A stretch of DNA of 64,000 nucleotides from Kudoa neothunni (lineage: Eukaryota; Animalia; Cnidaria), in NCBI GenBank assembly GCA_964304625.1, contig OZ199839.1, forward strand, positions 1,188,021-1,252,020, given 5' to 3'. The first letter of the stretch is position 1; each line of letters opens with the position of its first letter. Shown piece by piece: positions 42,518 through 56,519 of the stretch. Below the pieces are notes generated by a model, which saw only the letters and a program-made list of their open reading frames with translations, ran no database searches and had not been told where the DNA came from. The position numbers were made by a program, and so were the translations under genes.

Positions 42518-45500
42518 CCCTCGAAAAACTTACGCGTGTGTCGAAGGGAACCTAAGGTACCCCAGAGGTTTTTCAACTTACTTCGCTCGCAGGGATAAAA
42601 AATTTGATGGCGTCTCTTTCCACAACAATGGTACATGCACGATGATTATAGGATTAGTTTTATATGTTTTAAGCGAATAACTAAATTTCAAACGATAATA
42701 TTACCTTTTTATATTTTATTTTATCGCATAAACATCGTATAAGACCAATTCTAGCGTTTAAACCAAATGTTGCAACATAAAATGAATTTAATATTATATG
42801 AGATTTTTAAAATAAGTTATTGATTACAAATAATTTTTTACTTTATTATTCATATTTATTCGCGGTTAAAAATATTTTGGAAAGCGATTTCACTATTAGG
42901 GAAAACAAGTTAGCGATGAGTCCCGACAAGATGACTGAGGATGTATTAATGAGTACATTTTTATGTTTATTCTCCTTTCAACATAAAATTTTTGTAAATA
43001 CTCGTAACTCTGATAAGCTCATAATAATGTTGACATCAAAGTTCAACTTTTTTGTTTGGTTTAAGTTTAATTATGTCACGGTTATCAAAAATGTGGACAC
43101 AATGTTTTGCGACCGTTGTTTATTTTGCACCAACTACCGCGCAACCACCTACTAAAATTTTGAAACCGTCTGAGGTCAAGATAGATACACTTGTGATCCT
43201 CATATGGGCTATAAATAATAATTCAGCCGACTTCAAACATAATGTTGCATCTGAATATGGCGAATATAATAATGAACGGCGATATATCAACTGACCCGAA
43301 CGCGTACATCAAAAAAGATAATGAATCGAACTGTAATGAATTCAATCAAACTCATAACGAAACCAAAATATATGAAAATAATGACTATGAAAAAAAGAGG
43401 TGACAGATAGATTATTGCATACATTAACTAACTTAGTGAAAGCGATTGTGGCAAATTATTTAGTGAGCTTAAATCCTCGTCACAGCAGTATGAATAAACT
43501 TATACCTACTAGTATGAAAATTCCGCTATTAACAATTAATTCAACCCCAATTTTATTATGAAAGAGGTAAAAACTATAGGTATACCCATGGCAGTGAATG
43601 ATTATTTTGAATTTGATAAAAAACAATTTGATATCTATGAGGTATGTTTGAAAAAATATAATCATTTTGTTTGATAAATTTTTGCGGGTTATTCGCCTTA
43701 TAACACAAAATTAATGGAAATAAAATTAATCCTATTATCATCGCGCATGCATCATTCTTGTGGAAAGAGACACGATAAAAAAAATTTGTTTTATATGGTT
43801 GTTACTTAATTTAAAAACAAATTAACTGCCAAAAATGTGGAGATATTTAACCAACTAGGAAAAAATACAAGCAATTCATTGGCATCACATTTAAGAAAAA
43901 GGCGAGAATAAACAAGCAATCTCACAAAAATATAGGTTATATTTGCATAAAGCTATTGACTAATTATTGGAAAACTCAAGATTGATTTCCAAGTGAATTT
44001 GTCATCTGAAAGGAATAACTGACAAAACCGCCACAATAAATATATCCGAATGTTTTCGTTAATCTAATTTCGCGATCATGGTATTAAATCGTAGGAATAT
44101 TTCCTTCCTTTCGAACAACTACCTTTTCCGTGATAATTTTTATTAGATGGTAAAAATCATGGCTAATGTAAAAAGAAAAACTCGGCTGGGACAAAATTAA
44201 ATACTAATCGATGTATACTTTCAAAATTAATATATAGGGTTTCTCATTTAATCTCAGCACCTCAACAGTAGTATTCAAATTTTTTAATATCTCGCGTTAG
44301 ATCAAAAAAGTTTTTTTTGTTAAATTATTTTTATATTATTAAGAGAATGAATTCACTAGATGAACCCTAATAGCAAAGATCATGTCGTTGAATCTGAGAG
44401 CTCCATATCCGATGATAGCGAAATTTTTAATCTACCAACACATAAAGGAAAAAGAAAGCTGCGAAAAACTATCTCTTCCGACTTAAGAGAACAAATATTT
44501 AATTTCTGTTTAAGTGGAAGAAGTGATACATTGCTTCCGAAATGCATCTACCAAGATCCACCGCGTGGTCCATATTATCAAAGTTTCGCAAAACCAGAAC
44601 ATTAGATGCAAAATCTAGAGGCGGGGAAAGACCTTCACTTCTCTCTCCTGATCAGAAGGAAAATATTATCAGGTGGGTGGACGAAAACTCTCAAATTACG
44701 TCGAAAGAACTTAAGCAAAAAGTTAATGACGAATTTGGAATAACAGTGTCCCTAAGCACGATAGACAAAGTTATCGGCAAATTTTATTACACTTTAGAAT
44801 CCCCTGTGAGGGAGGGTACCCGAGAGAAGAAATTGTGAGATGACGCTTTAAAAGAGAATTGAATATGCTGAAATGTTTAGAGACTTAGAAACCAATGTAC
44901 GACATGAAAGTATTGTATTTCTGGAGGAAGTCGGGTTTACAGTGATCATAAGACCTAAAAGAAGTCGCTATTTGGGAAAAACTTCAGCATATTGTTTTGT
45001 TTCTTCAGCAAGAAGCAGAAACATATCTGTAGTTGCTGCAATCAACAAAAAAGTGATCATATATAGTAAGATACACGAGCGTGCGGTTTCAGGAGAGGAT
45101 TTTAAAATTTATCTACAGGAACCAACATCCAACTGTGTATCAAGTGGTATTGATAATCCTGTTTTCGTTACGGACAACGTGAAAATACATCATTATAAGG
45201 GACTAAAAGAATTAATCCTTCAATAAAAATTCACGATAAGATATTTATCTCCGTATAATCCATTTCTGAATCTAATAGAGTATATATTCTCTGTTTGGAA
45301 AAATCTAGTTTTCCGTAGGCAATGTCAAAATGAAAACGAGTTGAAGAATGCGATAAAAGAGTGTTTACAAGAAATAACATCCCAACATTTTGACGGTTTC
45401 TATCGCAAAATGTTGGGTTACGTCACCAGGTCTTCTAGGGGTGAAATTATTTTAGAATAATAATTGTATTGAGGTTATTGGAATAAATATAATATATCTT

Positions 45501-46024
45501 TTTTTCTCCGGTTCATAATTTCTACACATTAACATTAATTTATAGACTACACGCGAATACGCTTAATTTAAATTGCAAACCGCCGAGATTAAATGCAAAA
45601 GTGCCGAGTGTAAATGAGAAACCCTATATTACTAAGAGCGATCGTGTCTTGCAATAATCTAAGGATAATCTCCAAGCATGTTGGTTTCTTCCAGTAGAAA
45701 ATAAAATCAAAACTTAGTCATACTCTTATTGCTTTCATTCATTCAATAATTAATTTTTATCATTAATTTTTAATTAAAGTTAAGTAAATAATAAATATAA
45801 GAGATTCAAAGGCCTTTAAAAACTAAATACTATTGATTCGGTTTCGAAAAAGTAGTCTATTATTTTATATCTTTAAGGAAAATTTTTTTCATTAGTTTAT
45901 TTTGAAGGTTGTATGATATTAAATGATTACATGGAAAATTTTAGAGAGAACAAAAAGTAAGAATAGAAATTTCGATAAATAAAATAATTGGGGGTCCTAA
46001 AATACCCCGTCTATCCCGTAAGGA
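42518..46024. mobile_element. Non-autonomous piggyBac-ended element (~2.1 kb core; also 52487-54607, left end at 59195, orphan right end at 37961)
   Basis: The left end TTAA-ccctcgaaaaacttacgcg resembles the left end of the 60308 piggyBac. The right end gggg..ctaaaatacccc...cccgt..agg.-TTAA resembles its right end. Confidence 0.6.
44235..45626 (+). mobile_element. Tc1/IS630-like DD34E transposon, frameshifted
   Basis: 26-bp TIRs tagggtttctcattta..ctc.gcac with a TA TSD; the empty site is visible in the paralog at about 54216. Motifs IVFLEEVGF, VTDNVKIH and 34 residues to YNPFLNLIE, plus an N-terminal HTH. Confidence 0.9.
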
Positions 46025-46402
46025 TTAAAATAGTTCTATTCCTATTTCATATATTCTAAGCTTGTGTAATTTTTAGTTAAAATCCCCCATTAAAGCTTTA
46101 AATTAATCTAAATTTTATTCACTATTTATCACTCTATATTTTTGCAATGTTTAATAATAAAACGAAATTTTAATAAATAAACGACGTTACACCAACACAA
46201 ATATTAGAATTTTATGTCAAACCTTAAATGCAGTAACTGTGTATTTAATTTTATTTGACTTCCCTAAATATCAATTGTTATAAAATTCTTGGTATGGAGA
46301 ATAAATAATGCAACGCCTAGTCAAATCATACTAAAATAAAAATATTTTGAAAATTTCATTATAAATATATTTTCTAGTTTATTTTAGATTTTTCATTATC
46401 CT

Positions 46403-47926
46403 TTAGAAAAATATGAAACCCAATACATTCGTGGTTAATTTAAGAAAAGGATCCGAAGATTGTGGTTTTTCACCTGTAGGTTTTGTTGAAACACCTAGAG
46501 TTGGCGTTAGTGGAACTGCATCTTCAACTCGAACAGACTGGGCTGCATCTGCAGTTTCAGTTGTTAAAGGGTTTTTACAAATAGCTCTACAGGCTCCATC
46601 AGTTTTGAAGTTATTCAAATTCATCACTTTACCGTTGAATTTAAATGTCTGACAAGTTCCAGCGTTAGTGCCGGTTGCTACGTAGTAATATCTCTCTAAT
46701 TCGTATTTATCATCCCCAGTTGTCACACCAGCTTTATCCTGTTTACAAATTTCGACAGCTTCGAGTTCACCAAGATGGGCAGCTAATTAATAATTAATGA
46801 AAACGATATTAAGTAATATTATTATTGTGAATTACTTGCAGGACAAAAACTTGCACAGAGCTCGGCTGAACTAAAAATATTATATGAACCATCATCAATT
46901 TTGAAGGAGGTTTCAGGAGCTTGAGAAACAAATGGGAGGCAAGCTTTTTTTCCTTTATGAAAATAAAAGTATTCTTTTATAGTATCATTTTCAGTTGTAA
47001 TTTTATCCGTAGGCTGAACTTGATATGGACCATTTGCACTGCAAGCTGGGACTAGTTCCGCTATTTTTTGTTATTAAACATTTATCACTCAATAGAATAC
47101 TTATGCAGGTTTCTACGCATTTAGGTAACTCCTCAAAATATCCCCTTTTTGCAGTTTCACCAACAGCGGCATAAACACATCTTTTTTTATCTTTGTGTAA
47201 AACAACACCCATTTTCGGGCTCGCGGTGTCCACTTCAGCTGCGAAGCCGCAGTCGAATTTATTAGGAGTCGGTGTTAACGAATTATTGTTAACATTACTT
47301 TCGACACGTCCATTTTTCTTATCTAATTAAAGTAATTCCATTAAAATTGTTTTCAAATTTTGATAAACTGACGTTACTTTGGCAAGCATTTTTACATTCA
47401 ATTTCGGATTCGAAATTATTTGCGTTTCCTCCACAACCTGTGTATTTGAACTCATGGCACGAGTTCACAGCGGCGCCACCATTGACAGCCTCCTTTGAAA
47501 AATACCACCTTGTTTGTCTTTTCTCCTCTGGTACTTCACAGATGCCTTCTAATTTACGTTCCCCACACGCGTTGGACTTCTCCTCAGGTGTAAATGTAAC
47601 TATTTCAAATGTTATTAAAATACGGGATTATTGCGGTATACGGTGGTATTGACAAACCGCTTTGGACACAAAGTTATTAAAGTTTCCAAGGGAACCTTTG
47701 TATTTGAATGATTTGCATGTAGCAGTAGCTTTGTCGACATACCATCTATCAACTACAGCTTTTTTTTGTTCATCTGCGCTCATCCAAGAAGGAGGTTCAC
47801 CGGCATCTAACCTGTAATCGGTTAAAGCCTTTTCTAAAATAACATTATAACGAAAATAGATTAAATTAATATACCAGCTGATACGATTTCTAAAAATAAT
47901 AATAATAAAAATGGAAAAGTCAACAT
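46403..47926 (-). CDS. Secreted five-Kunitz-domain protein, copy 4 (intact)
   Basis: ATG at 47926 and six exons in frame, ending DPFLKLTTNVLGFIFF. Confidence 0.9.
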
Positions 47927-50586
47927 TCACTTCTTTATTAAAGTAGACTATTAGGTACCGTATTTGAGCGAGATGTAAATTACATTTATTATGCGGATGA
48001 ATCAAACATCAATTGATTCATTATTTACTGCAGGATAACTTAAATTTGAATAAATATTAAAAATATTAAATATTTTGCATTAGTTGTACTAATTTTCATT
48101 ATAACATATATTAACCACACAACCTAAATATGACAAATTTAATTTCAAATTTTGATATTTATAAAATCATATACAATGACCGAAGATTTGTAATCTAGTT
48201 AATTTAGAACGAAGAACATTTATCTATTGTTAAAATTAATTAAAAATGTTTATCTTCAGAGATTATTACGATCAATTCATTTTACATAGGATTAACGGCA
48301 CTCAATAATGAGAAAATGATTTAGATTCAACTAATTTTTTTAATTTAAATAGGAAATTTAATAATTATGCAAGATCAAACTTTCTAATTTATAGCTAAGA
48401 AAATTAAGAATAATATTTTTTTAAAATATGTTTTAAATTTTATTTTATATATATTTTATTAGCCCTTTGGGTCCCAGCGTACACTTAAATATATACGATC
48501 AAATGTTGAATTCGCAAGACGCTCTCGTTTGACTATTCCATCTACAATAATTTCTGAACGTTTTATTTAATCTATTTTTTCGAAAAAGATATTACGTTAT
48601 TGCAGTAAACTTAAATCGGATGATATTAACAAAATTGCAAAAATTGTATTGTTTTGAAAATAGGATAATTATCCATGCGTTTGTTCCAAATTATAACAAC
48701 ACGCAGATACGTAAAAATATTTTTTTATAATAATAAATAACAAAAATATTTTTTGGGTTGATTAAAACAAAGCGTAAGTTTTTAGCGGTATACACATACA
48801 AATATGCTGTATACTTATTTATAAATAGGGCTCACACGTAACAGATTTGACCACACCTTAATCGTAACGTCGTTCAATTTAAAAACTAAAATCTAGTTCT
48901 ATGCAAGAAGCATTATTGTTTTACAAAATAATCATTTTTATGATTTAGACACAATCTCCGAACATGATAGTATCATTGTATTATACAAAAACAACGAGCT
49001 GGAGTCGCAGGAAAATATTCCAACCAGCAAATATGAACATTTTGAGGAGATAATAAAATTAAAACTTTTCGATAGAATATTTATAGAGCTTTTTAAACGA
49101 TACATTGTTTGGCTTGATTTTCCGAGAAACCAAACCATGATCCGATCAGTGTGACTATTTTCTTCAGAACAAAGATAGTAGAGATGAAAATATACATAGG
49201 TACTGTTATTTTAATGAGTATCGTTCGAAGGCTGAGAATTCCATTCTACTGGCAAACGAATAAAAATTGTCTCCTATTTCAAATTTGTCTAAAAGTCGAT
49301 GATTTGAACATTTACCAAATATATTCATTTCCATTACAACACCAAAATAAAAACCAGCCAACATTGGAAAACTTTGATAGTTTTGCAAAATAAGCCTTAT
49401 TTTATCACTTATTATTTTTCATTTCATGGAATTTTACTGGATAGTAAGCATTTAATAGGTCAAAAAATTATCCTTTTCGAGAGGAAATTAACGTAAGGCA
49501 AAACATATCTAATTGCCGATTAACTGTGGGTTGAAAATGTTTATAAGGAGGGGGATATTCGATTTTATTTGATTTACTATTCATACGATAGCAAGTCTTC
49601 ACAAGTAATAAAACTGGTACGAATTCGGAAGACTGCCCGTAAACTATGTAAATACACTTCCAATTGCCAAAAAATAGTTTTTATATCTTGATAACTGGTT
49701 AAAAAATATATCCACGCAGATAGTTTATTCAAAAATTCTTTTTTGCAAACACAATCAGATCAGATCGAGAGAAAAACTAACTTTGTAATTTGAAAATTCG
49801 CGGAAGAGGAAAGGTTGTGGTACTTTCGAATGTGTCAAATAAATAAAATATAGAATTTTCTTAATTTAATGGATTTGGGATATGTGGTTAACTTAATCAT
49901 CTTCGACTTATTTGACGTTTGAGGCTACTAGATCAATAAAACGATTTGAGCGTACAAAAGAGAGCTTAATATTCTATACCAGTATTTCCCAACCTGGGGT
50001 TCAAGGACCCCTAAAGGGTACGTGAGAAGATTTTTACTCTTAGAAACTTGGTCTTTAGTGAATTTCTGGTTTTAATAAATTACGACTTTAAAAACTACTC
50101 TGGGACAATAGTGTCATAAATATAAATTTCCGTGGTAAATACTCTTAAAGATTCATATTCGATTAGCTTAACTAGTCGGAGGTCAGTGAACAAAACATGT
50201 TGGAAAATATTGTTCTGTACCCCTCTGCGGTAACCGAATACACGAGAACAATGGCGGAGTAGATGTTTCGAATATACCAAACCCAACGTGTGAAAAATTT
50301 GGTATGGGAATATTTATCTGGCCATAAATATTTCTATCTGGTAGTCATAGTTATTTCACAGAAAAAAATTGTAGAATGACGAAGGTTGAAAGCAATGACA
50401 CTATTTATCTACCAGGTTTTACATCAAAAACAGGATTTTATAACTCGTGACAGGAAATAGATAATAGAGTATCCGGCTCCAGTTTTTTTGCAAATTGTAA
50501 CAATCAGAAAACCAAGACAGCAATTTAATCTTTCCCTCGGCTATTCTCTATTAATCGACTAATAATCTATACTATGAAACAATTTA

Positions 50587-52479
50587 TAGTCGTGCCTCGA
50601 TATTGCGTGACTCGATACTGCGTAATTTAAGAAAAATTAGCATTGTACATTTTAATTAACAAAATTAAACAATTAAATCATATTCGATATGCTTAATTGG
50701 ATTATTATGAAAAGAAATTATTATTTTGAACAAGCGGATAGACAACAAAACAGGAAAAACCTTGTGTCTTGCTACTGCGTAACTCATTTTCCACATTTTA
50801 ATCCCTTTAATCCATTGGTTGCAGTATCGTAAAAATGGTAAACTATCAAATAACTATAGGAGATAAAATTAAAATAATTGATTACTATAATTATTTTAAG
50901 TCTATAGCTGGTGCTAAAGCTATGATTGTAAAACATTTTGGTTTCCCAAGTGATTCTAACTTGAATATTTTTTGGTAATTTAAAATAGGCCATTCTACTC
51001 TTGATAGAATCTTGTCAAAACAAGATGAAATTACAAATTTAAGTATTGCAATATCTAAAAAAATATTTAAACCCGGAAAATATGGGGATCTTGAAAACAA
51101 CCTTTACAACAGGATAGTTTCAATGCGTGACAAAAATAAACTAATATCTGGGTTAATAATTATCAAAAAAGCTACTATTGTTGCCAAAGATATTAGAATC
51201 AACAATTCTAATCGAAGCAGGGGGTGGTTTAATAATTTCAGGGTGTGTTATGGTCTGAAAAGTTATAAATTACACGGAGAAGCTGAAAGTGCCGACTTTA
51301 AATGTATTTATGAATAGATGGGCAAGTCGTCCGAGATTTTGTCAAGATACAGCCCGAAAAAAAAAATTAAATTTGGATGAGACTGGTCTTTATTATGAAC
51401 AGTTGATACAACGTACATACATTACTAAAAATGAACAATATTTAAAAGGTGTAAAACAATCAAAAAAGCATGTTACGGTTTTGGTCGCCGACTCAATGCA
51501 ATGACAGGAGAAAAATTTCCATTACATGTAATAGGAAAATTTAAGAAACCTCTTTGTTTTAAATGAATTAAAGAGTTCCCAGTTGAATATCGTTCTCAAG
51601 CGAATGGCTGAATGTCCTCAGGCATATTTTTTCAGATCCTCAAAGAGATGAACCATAATTTCATTAAAGAAAACAGAAAGATCTTAATTCTATTGGATTG
51701 GTGCCTATCTCACCCAAAATCTATCGGTAATTTGGAAAACATCGAGCTTCTATTTCTACAGAAAAACACTACCAGTATGGTGCAACCAATGGATCTGGGA
51801 ATAATTCATAGTATAAGATCAAATTATAAAAAACCATTACGCAAAGATATTATATTTGAAGAGGATGACCCGGATAGATTTAAATAAGCTGTGCTCGATT
51901 GTTTAAATACTCTAAAATTGGCTTGAGAAATGGTTACGGTATCAGCTATTGGTAATTGTTTTAATAAGTCGCCTATTTTCAAAAGTATATTATTGATTAT
52001 TTCTATTGAAAAATTAAGATAAGCAAATTTTAATGGAATGCGAGGACAAAATAATATTAGAAGGTAACATAGAAGAATTTTATAAATTATATTTATAGAT
52101 AACAATGTTGATGATATCATTCTGTCGGATAAAATGAAATCTTACATCTAGATGAGGGTGAGCAGTGTAAAGTCATTGTGTGTAGTGAAACTCTTGATTT
52201 TGAACAAAAAGATGAATTCGTCACAACATCTCAATTAAAAAGTGCAATTAATACATTAAGAAAAGCGTTTATCATCGATAATCCTAAAACCTTGTTTCCT
52301 CTGCATCAAGTTATGGATGTTGTACATGAAATAATTAGTAATAGAACCAAAAATCATAAAATTGATTAGTTCTTTTGTAAGAAACGTTAAAATTGTAAAC
52401 AGTATGCGTGCGGGGATGTCTCGATATTGCGTAATGTTTTCCCGGTCCCGAATTGCTATGCAATATCGAGACATTACTG
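50587..52479 (+). mobile_element. Tigger/pogo transposon, decayed
   Basis: TIRs tagtcgtgcctcgatattgc / gcaatatcgagacattactg with a TA TSD; empty sites at about 42511 and 59188. Motifs GKYGDLE, SRGWFNNF, LHGEAES, NLDETGLYY, LLLDWCLSHP and NTTSMVQPMDLGII. Confidence 0.92.
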
Positions 52480-54990
52480 TATTTAACCCTCGAAGAACTT
52501 ACGCCTGTGCCGAGGGGAAACCTAAGGTACCCCAGAGGTTTTTTCAACTTAGTTCGCTCGCAGGGATAAAAAATTTGATGACGTCTCTTTCCACAACACT
52601 GGTACATGCACGATGATTATAGGATTAATTTTATTCCCATTAGTTTTGTATGTTATTAAGCGAATAATTAAATTTAAACAATAATATTATCTTTTTATAT
52701 TTTATTTTACCGCATAAACAACGTAAAAGACCAATTCTAGCGTTTAAAACTAAATGTTGCAACATAAAATGAATTTAATATTATATGAGATTTTTAAAAT
52801 AAGTTATTGATTACAAATAATTTTTTACTTTATTATTCGTATTTATTTGTTGTTAAAAATAATTTGGAAAGCGATTACACTATTAGGGAAAATAAGTCAT
52901 CGATGATTCCTGACAAGATGACCGAGGATGTAATAATGAGCACATTTTTATGTTTATTCTCCTTTCAACATAAAGTTTTTTTAAATACTCGTAACTCTGA
53001 TAAACTGATAATAATATTTACAACGAAGTTCAACATTTTTTTTAGTTTAAGTTTAATTATGCCATGGTTATCAAAAATGTGGACGCAATGTTTAGTGACT
53101 GTTCTTTATTTTGCACCAACTACCATGTAACCACCTACTAAAATTGGTAAAACTATCTGAGGTCAATATAGATACACTTGTGATCCTCATATGGGTTATA
53201 AACAATAATTCAGCCGACTCCAAACATATTGTTTCATCTGAATATGGCGAATATAATAATTAACGGCGAGGTATCAACTGACCGGAACGCGTACATCGAA
53301 GAAGATAATGAATCGAACTGTAATGAACTCAATCAAACTCATAACGAAACCAAAACATATGAAAATAATAACTACGAAAAAAAGGGGTGACAGATAGATT
53401 ATTGCATACATTAACTAACTTAGTGAAAACGATTGTGGCATATGATTTAGTGAGCTTAACTCCTCGTCACAACAGTATGAATAAACTTATACCTACTAGT
53501 ATGAAAATTCCGCTATTAACAATTAATTCAAACCTAATTATATTATGAAAGAGGTAAATGCTATAGGTATACCCACGGTAGTGAATGATTATTTTGAATT
53601 TTATAAAAAACAATTTGATATCTATGAAGTATGTTTGAAAAAATATAATCATTTTGTTTGATAAATTTATGTGGGTTATTCGCTTTATAACATACAAAAC
53701 TAATGGAAATAAAAGTAATCCTATTATCATCGCGCATGCATCATTGTTGTGGAAAGAGACACGATCAAACAAATTTGTTTTGTGTGGTTATTACTTAATT
53801 TAAAAATAAATTAACCGCCAAAAACGTAGAGATATTTAATCAGCTAGGAAAAATTACAAGCAATACATTACCATCACATTTAAGAAAAAGGCGAGAATAA
53901 ACAAGCAATCTCAAAAATATAGGTTATATTTGCATAAAGCTATTGACTAATTATTGGAAAACTCAAGATTGATTATCAAGTGAACTTGTCATCTGAAAGG
54001 AACAACAGACAAAACCACCACAATAAATATATCCGAATGTTTTCGTTAATCTAATTTCGCGATCGTGGTATTAAATCGTAAGAAAATTTCCTTCCCTTCA
54101 AACAACTACCTTTTCCGTGATAGTTTTTATTAGATGGTAAAATTTACGGCCGATGTAAAAAAACAAATGTGGAACAAAATTAAATATTAATCGACCTATA
54201 CTTTTAAAATTAATATACTACTAAGAGCGCGCCTGTCTTGCGATAATCTCAGGATAATCTTCAGGTGTGTCGCTTTCTTCCAGTAGAAAATAAAATCAAA
54301 ACTTAATCATACTCTTATTTCTTTTATTAATTTAATTTTTAACTATCAATTTTTAGTTAAAGTTAAATAAATAATAAACGTAAGAGATTCAAAGGCCTTT
54401 AAACATTAACTACTATTGGATCGGTTTCGAAAAGGTACTCTATTATTGTATATCCTTAAGGAAAATTTTGTTCATTAGTTTATTTTGAAGGTTGTTTGAT
54501 ATTAAATGATTACATGGAAAATTTTAGAGAGAATAAAAAGTAAGAATATAAGTTTTGATAAATAAAATAATTGGGGTTCCTAAAATACCCCGTCCGTCCC
54601 GTTAGTATTAAAATAGTTCTATTCCTTTTTCATATTTTCTAAGCTTGTATAATTTTTAGTTAAAATCCCCGGTTAAAGCTTTAAATTAATCCAAATTTTA
54701 TTCACTATTTATTACTCTATATTTTTGCAATGTTTAATAATAAAACGAAATTTTAACTAATAACCGACGTTGCACCAACGCAAGTATAAATATTAGAATT
54801 TATGTCAAACCTTAAATGTAGTAGCTGTGTATTTAATTTTATTTGACCTCTCTAAATATCAATTGTTATAAAATTCTTGGTATGGAGAATAAATAATACA
54901 ACTCCTTGTCAAATCATTCTAAAATAAAAATATTTTGAAAATTTCACTATAAATATATTTTTTTATAAATTCTTTAAGACTTTCCTTTAA

Positions 54991-56519
54991 CTAAAAGTTA
55001 AATATGAGCTTCACTGTCTTTTCGGCTAAATCCAGAAAAGAAGGACTCGAAGGTTTTGGATTTACGTTTCCACCTTCGGTCTGTCCTTGAGTTGGTGTAT
55101 GTTGACTGTTACTTCCAGCCTGAACAAGTGTGACAACATTCGTAGTTCCAGCCGTTAAAGGATTTTTACAAATAGCAGTGCAAGCTCCAACAGTTTTGAA
55201 GTTATTCAAATTCATCACTTTACCGTTGAAATTAAATTTCTGGCAAGTTCCGACGTTATCGCCGGTTGCTACATAGTAATATCTCGCTAATTCGTATTTA
55301 TCATCTCCAGTTGTCTCACCAACTTTATCCTGTTTACAAATTTCGACAGCTTCGAGTTCACCAAGATGGGCAGCTAATTAATAATTAATGAAAACGATAT
55401 TAAGTAATATTATTATTGTGAATTACTTGCAGGACAAAAACTTGCACAGAGCTCGGCTGAACTAAAAATATTATATGAACCATCATCAATTTTGAAGGAG
55501 GTTTCAGGAGCTTGAGAAACAAATGGGAGGCAAGCTTTTTTTCCTTTATGAAAATAAAAGTATTCTTTTATAGTATCATTTTCAGTTGTAATTTTATCCG
55601 TAGGCTGAACTTGATATGGACCATTTGCACTGCAAGCTGGGACTAGTTCCGCTATTTTTTGTTATTAAACATTTATCACTCAATAGAATACTTATGCAGG
55701 TTTCTACGCATTTAGGTAACTCCTCAAAATATCCCCTTTTTGCAGTTCCGGCGACCGCCGCGTACACACATTTCTTTTTATCTTTGTGTAGAACAACTCC
55801 CATTTTAGGCCTTTCGTCATCTACTTCAGCTGCGAAACCGCAGTCAAATTTATTAGGAGTCGGTGTTAATGTGTCGTCTCTAATATCCCTACCAACACCA
55901 CCATTCTTTTTATCTGATTTAAATTGTTACATAAAAATAGGTTTAAAATTTAAAAAATTGGCGTTACTTTGACAAGAATTTTTACATTCAGTTTCAGAAT
56001 CGAAATTATTTGCGTTTCCACCACATCCACTGTATTTGAACTCATGACACGAGTTCGCAGGTTTGCTACTACCAACGACAGCCTCCTTTGAAAAATACCA
56101 CCTTGTTTGTCTTTTCTCCATTGGTACTTCACAGATGCCTTCTAATTTACGTTCCTCACACGCCTTTGATTTCTCCTCAGGTGTGAATGTAACTATTTCA
56201 AATGTTATTAAAATATGGGATTATTACATTATACGGTGGTATTGACAAACCGCTTTTGACACAAAGTTATTAAAGTTTCCAAGAGAACCTTTATATTTGA
56301 ACGGCTTGCATGTAGCAGTAGCTTTGTCGACATACCATCTATCAACTACAGCTTTTTTTTGTTCATCTGCGCTCATCCAAGAAGGAGGTTCACCGGCATC
56401 TAACCTGTAATCGGTTAAAGCCTTTTCTAAAATAACATTATAACGAAAATAGATTAAATTAATATACCAGTTGATACGATTTCTAAAAATAATAATAATA
56501 AAAATGGAAAAGTCAACAT
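54991..56519 (-). CDS. Secreted five-Kunitz-domain protein, copy 5 (intact)
   Basis: ATG at 56519 and the same exon structure, ending PSFLDLAEKTVKLIFNF. Confidence 0.9.

Noticed and set aside
42820-43155. Recurrent MITNN.LLYYSYLF ORF (also 52807 and 59497)
   Set aside because: Non-ATG start, different lengths and frameshifts among copies; it recurs only because of the duplication.
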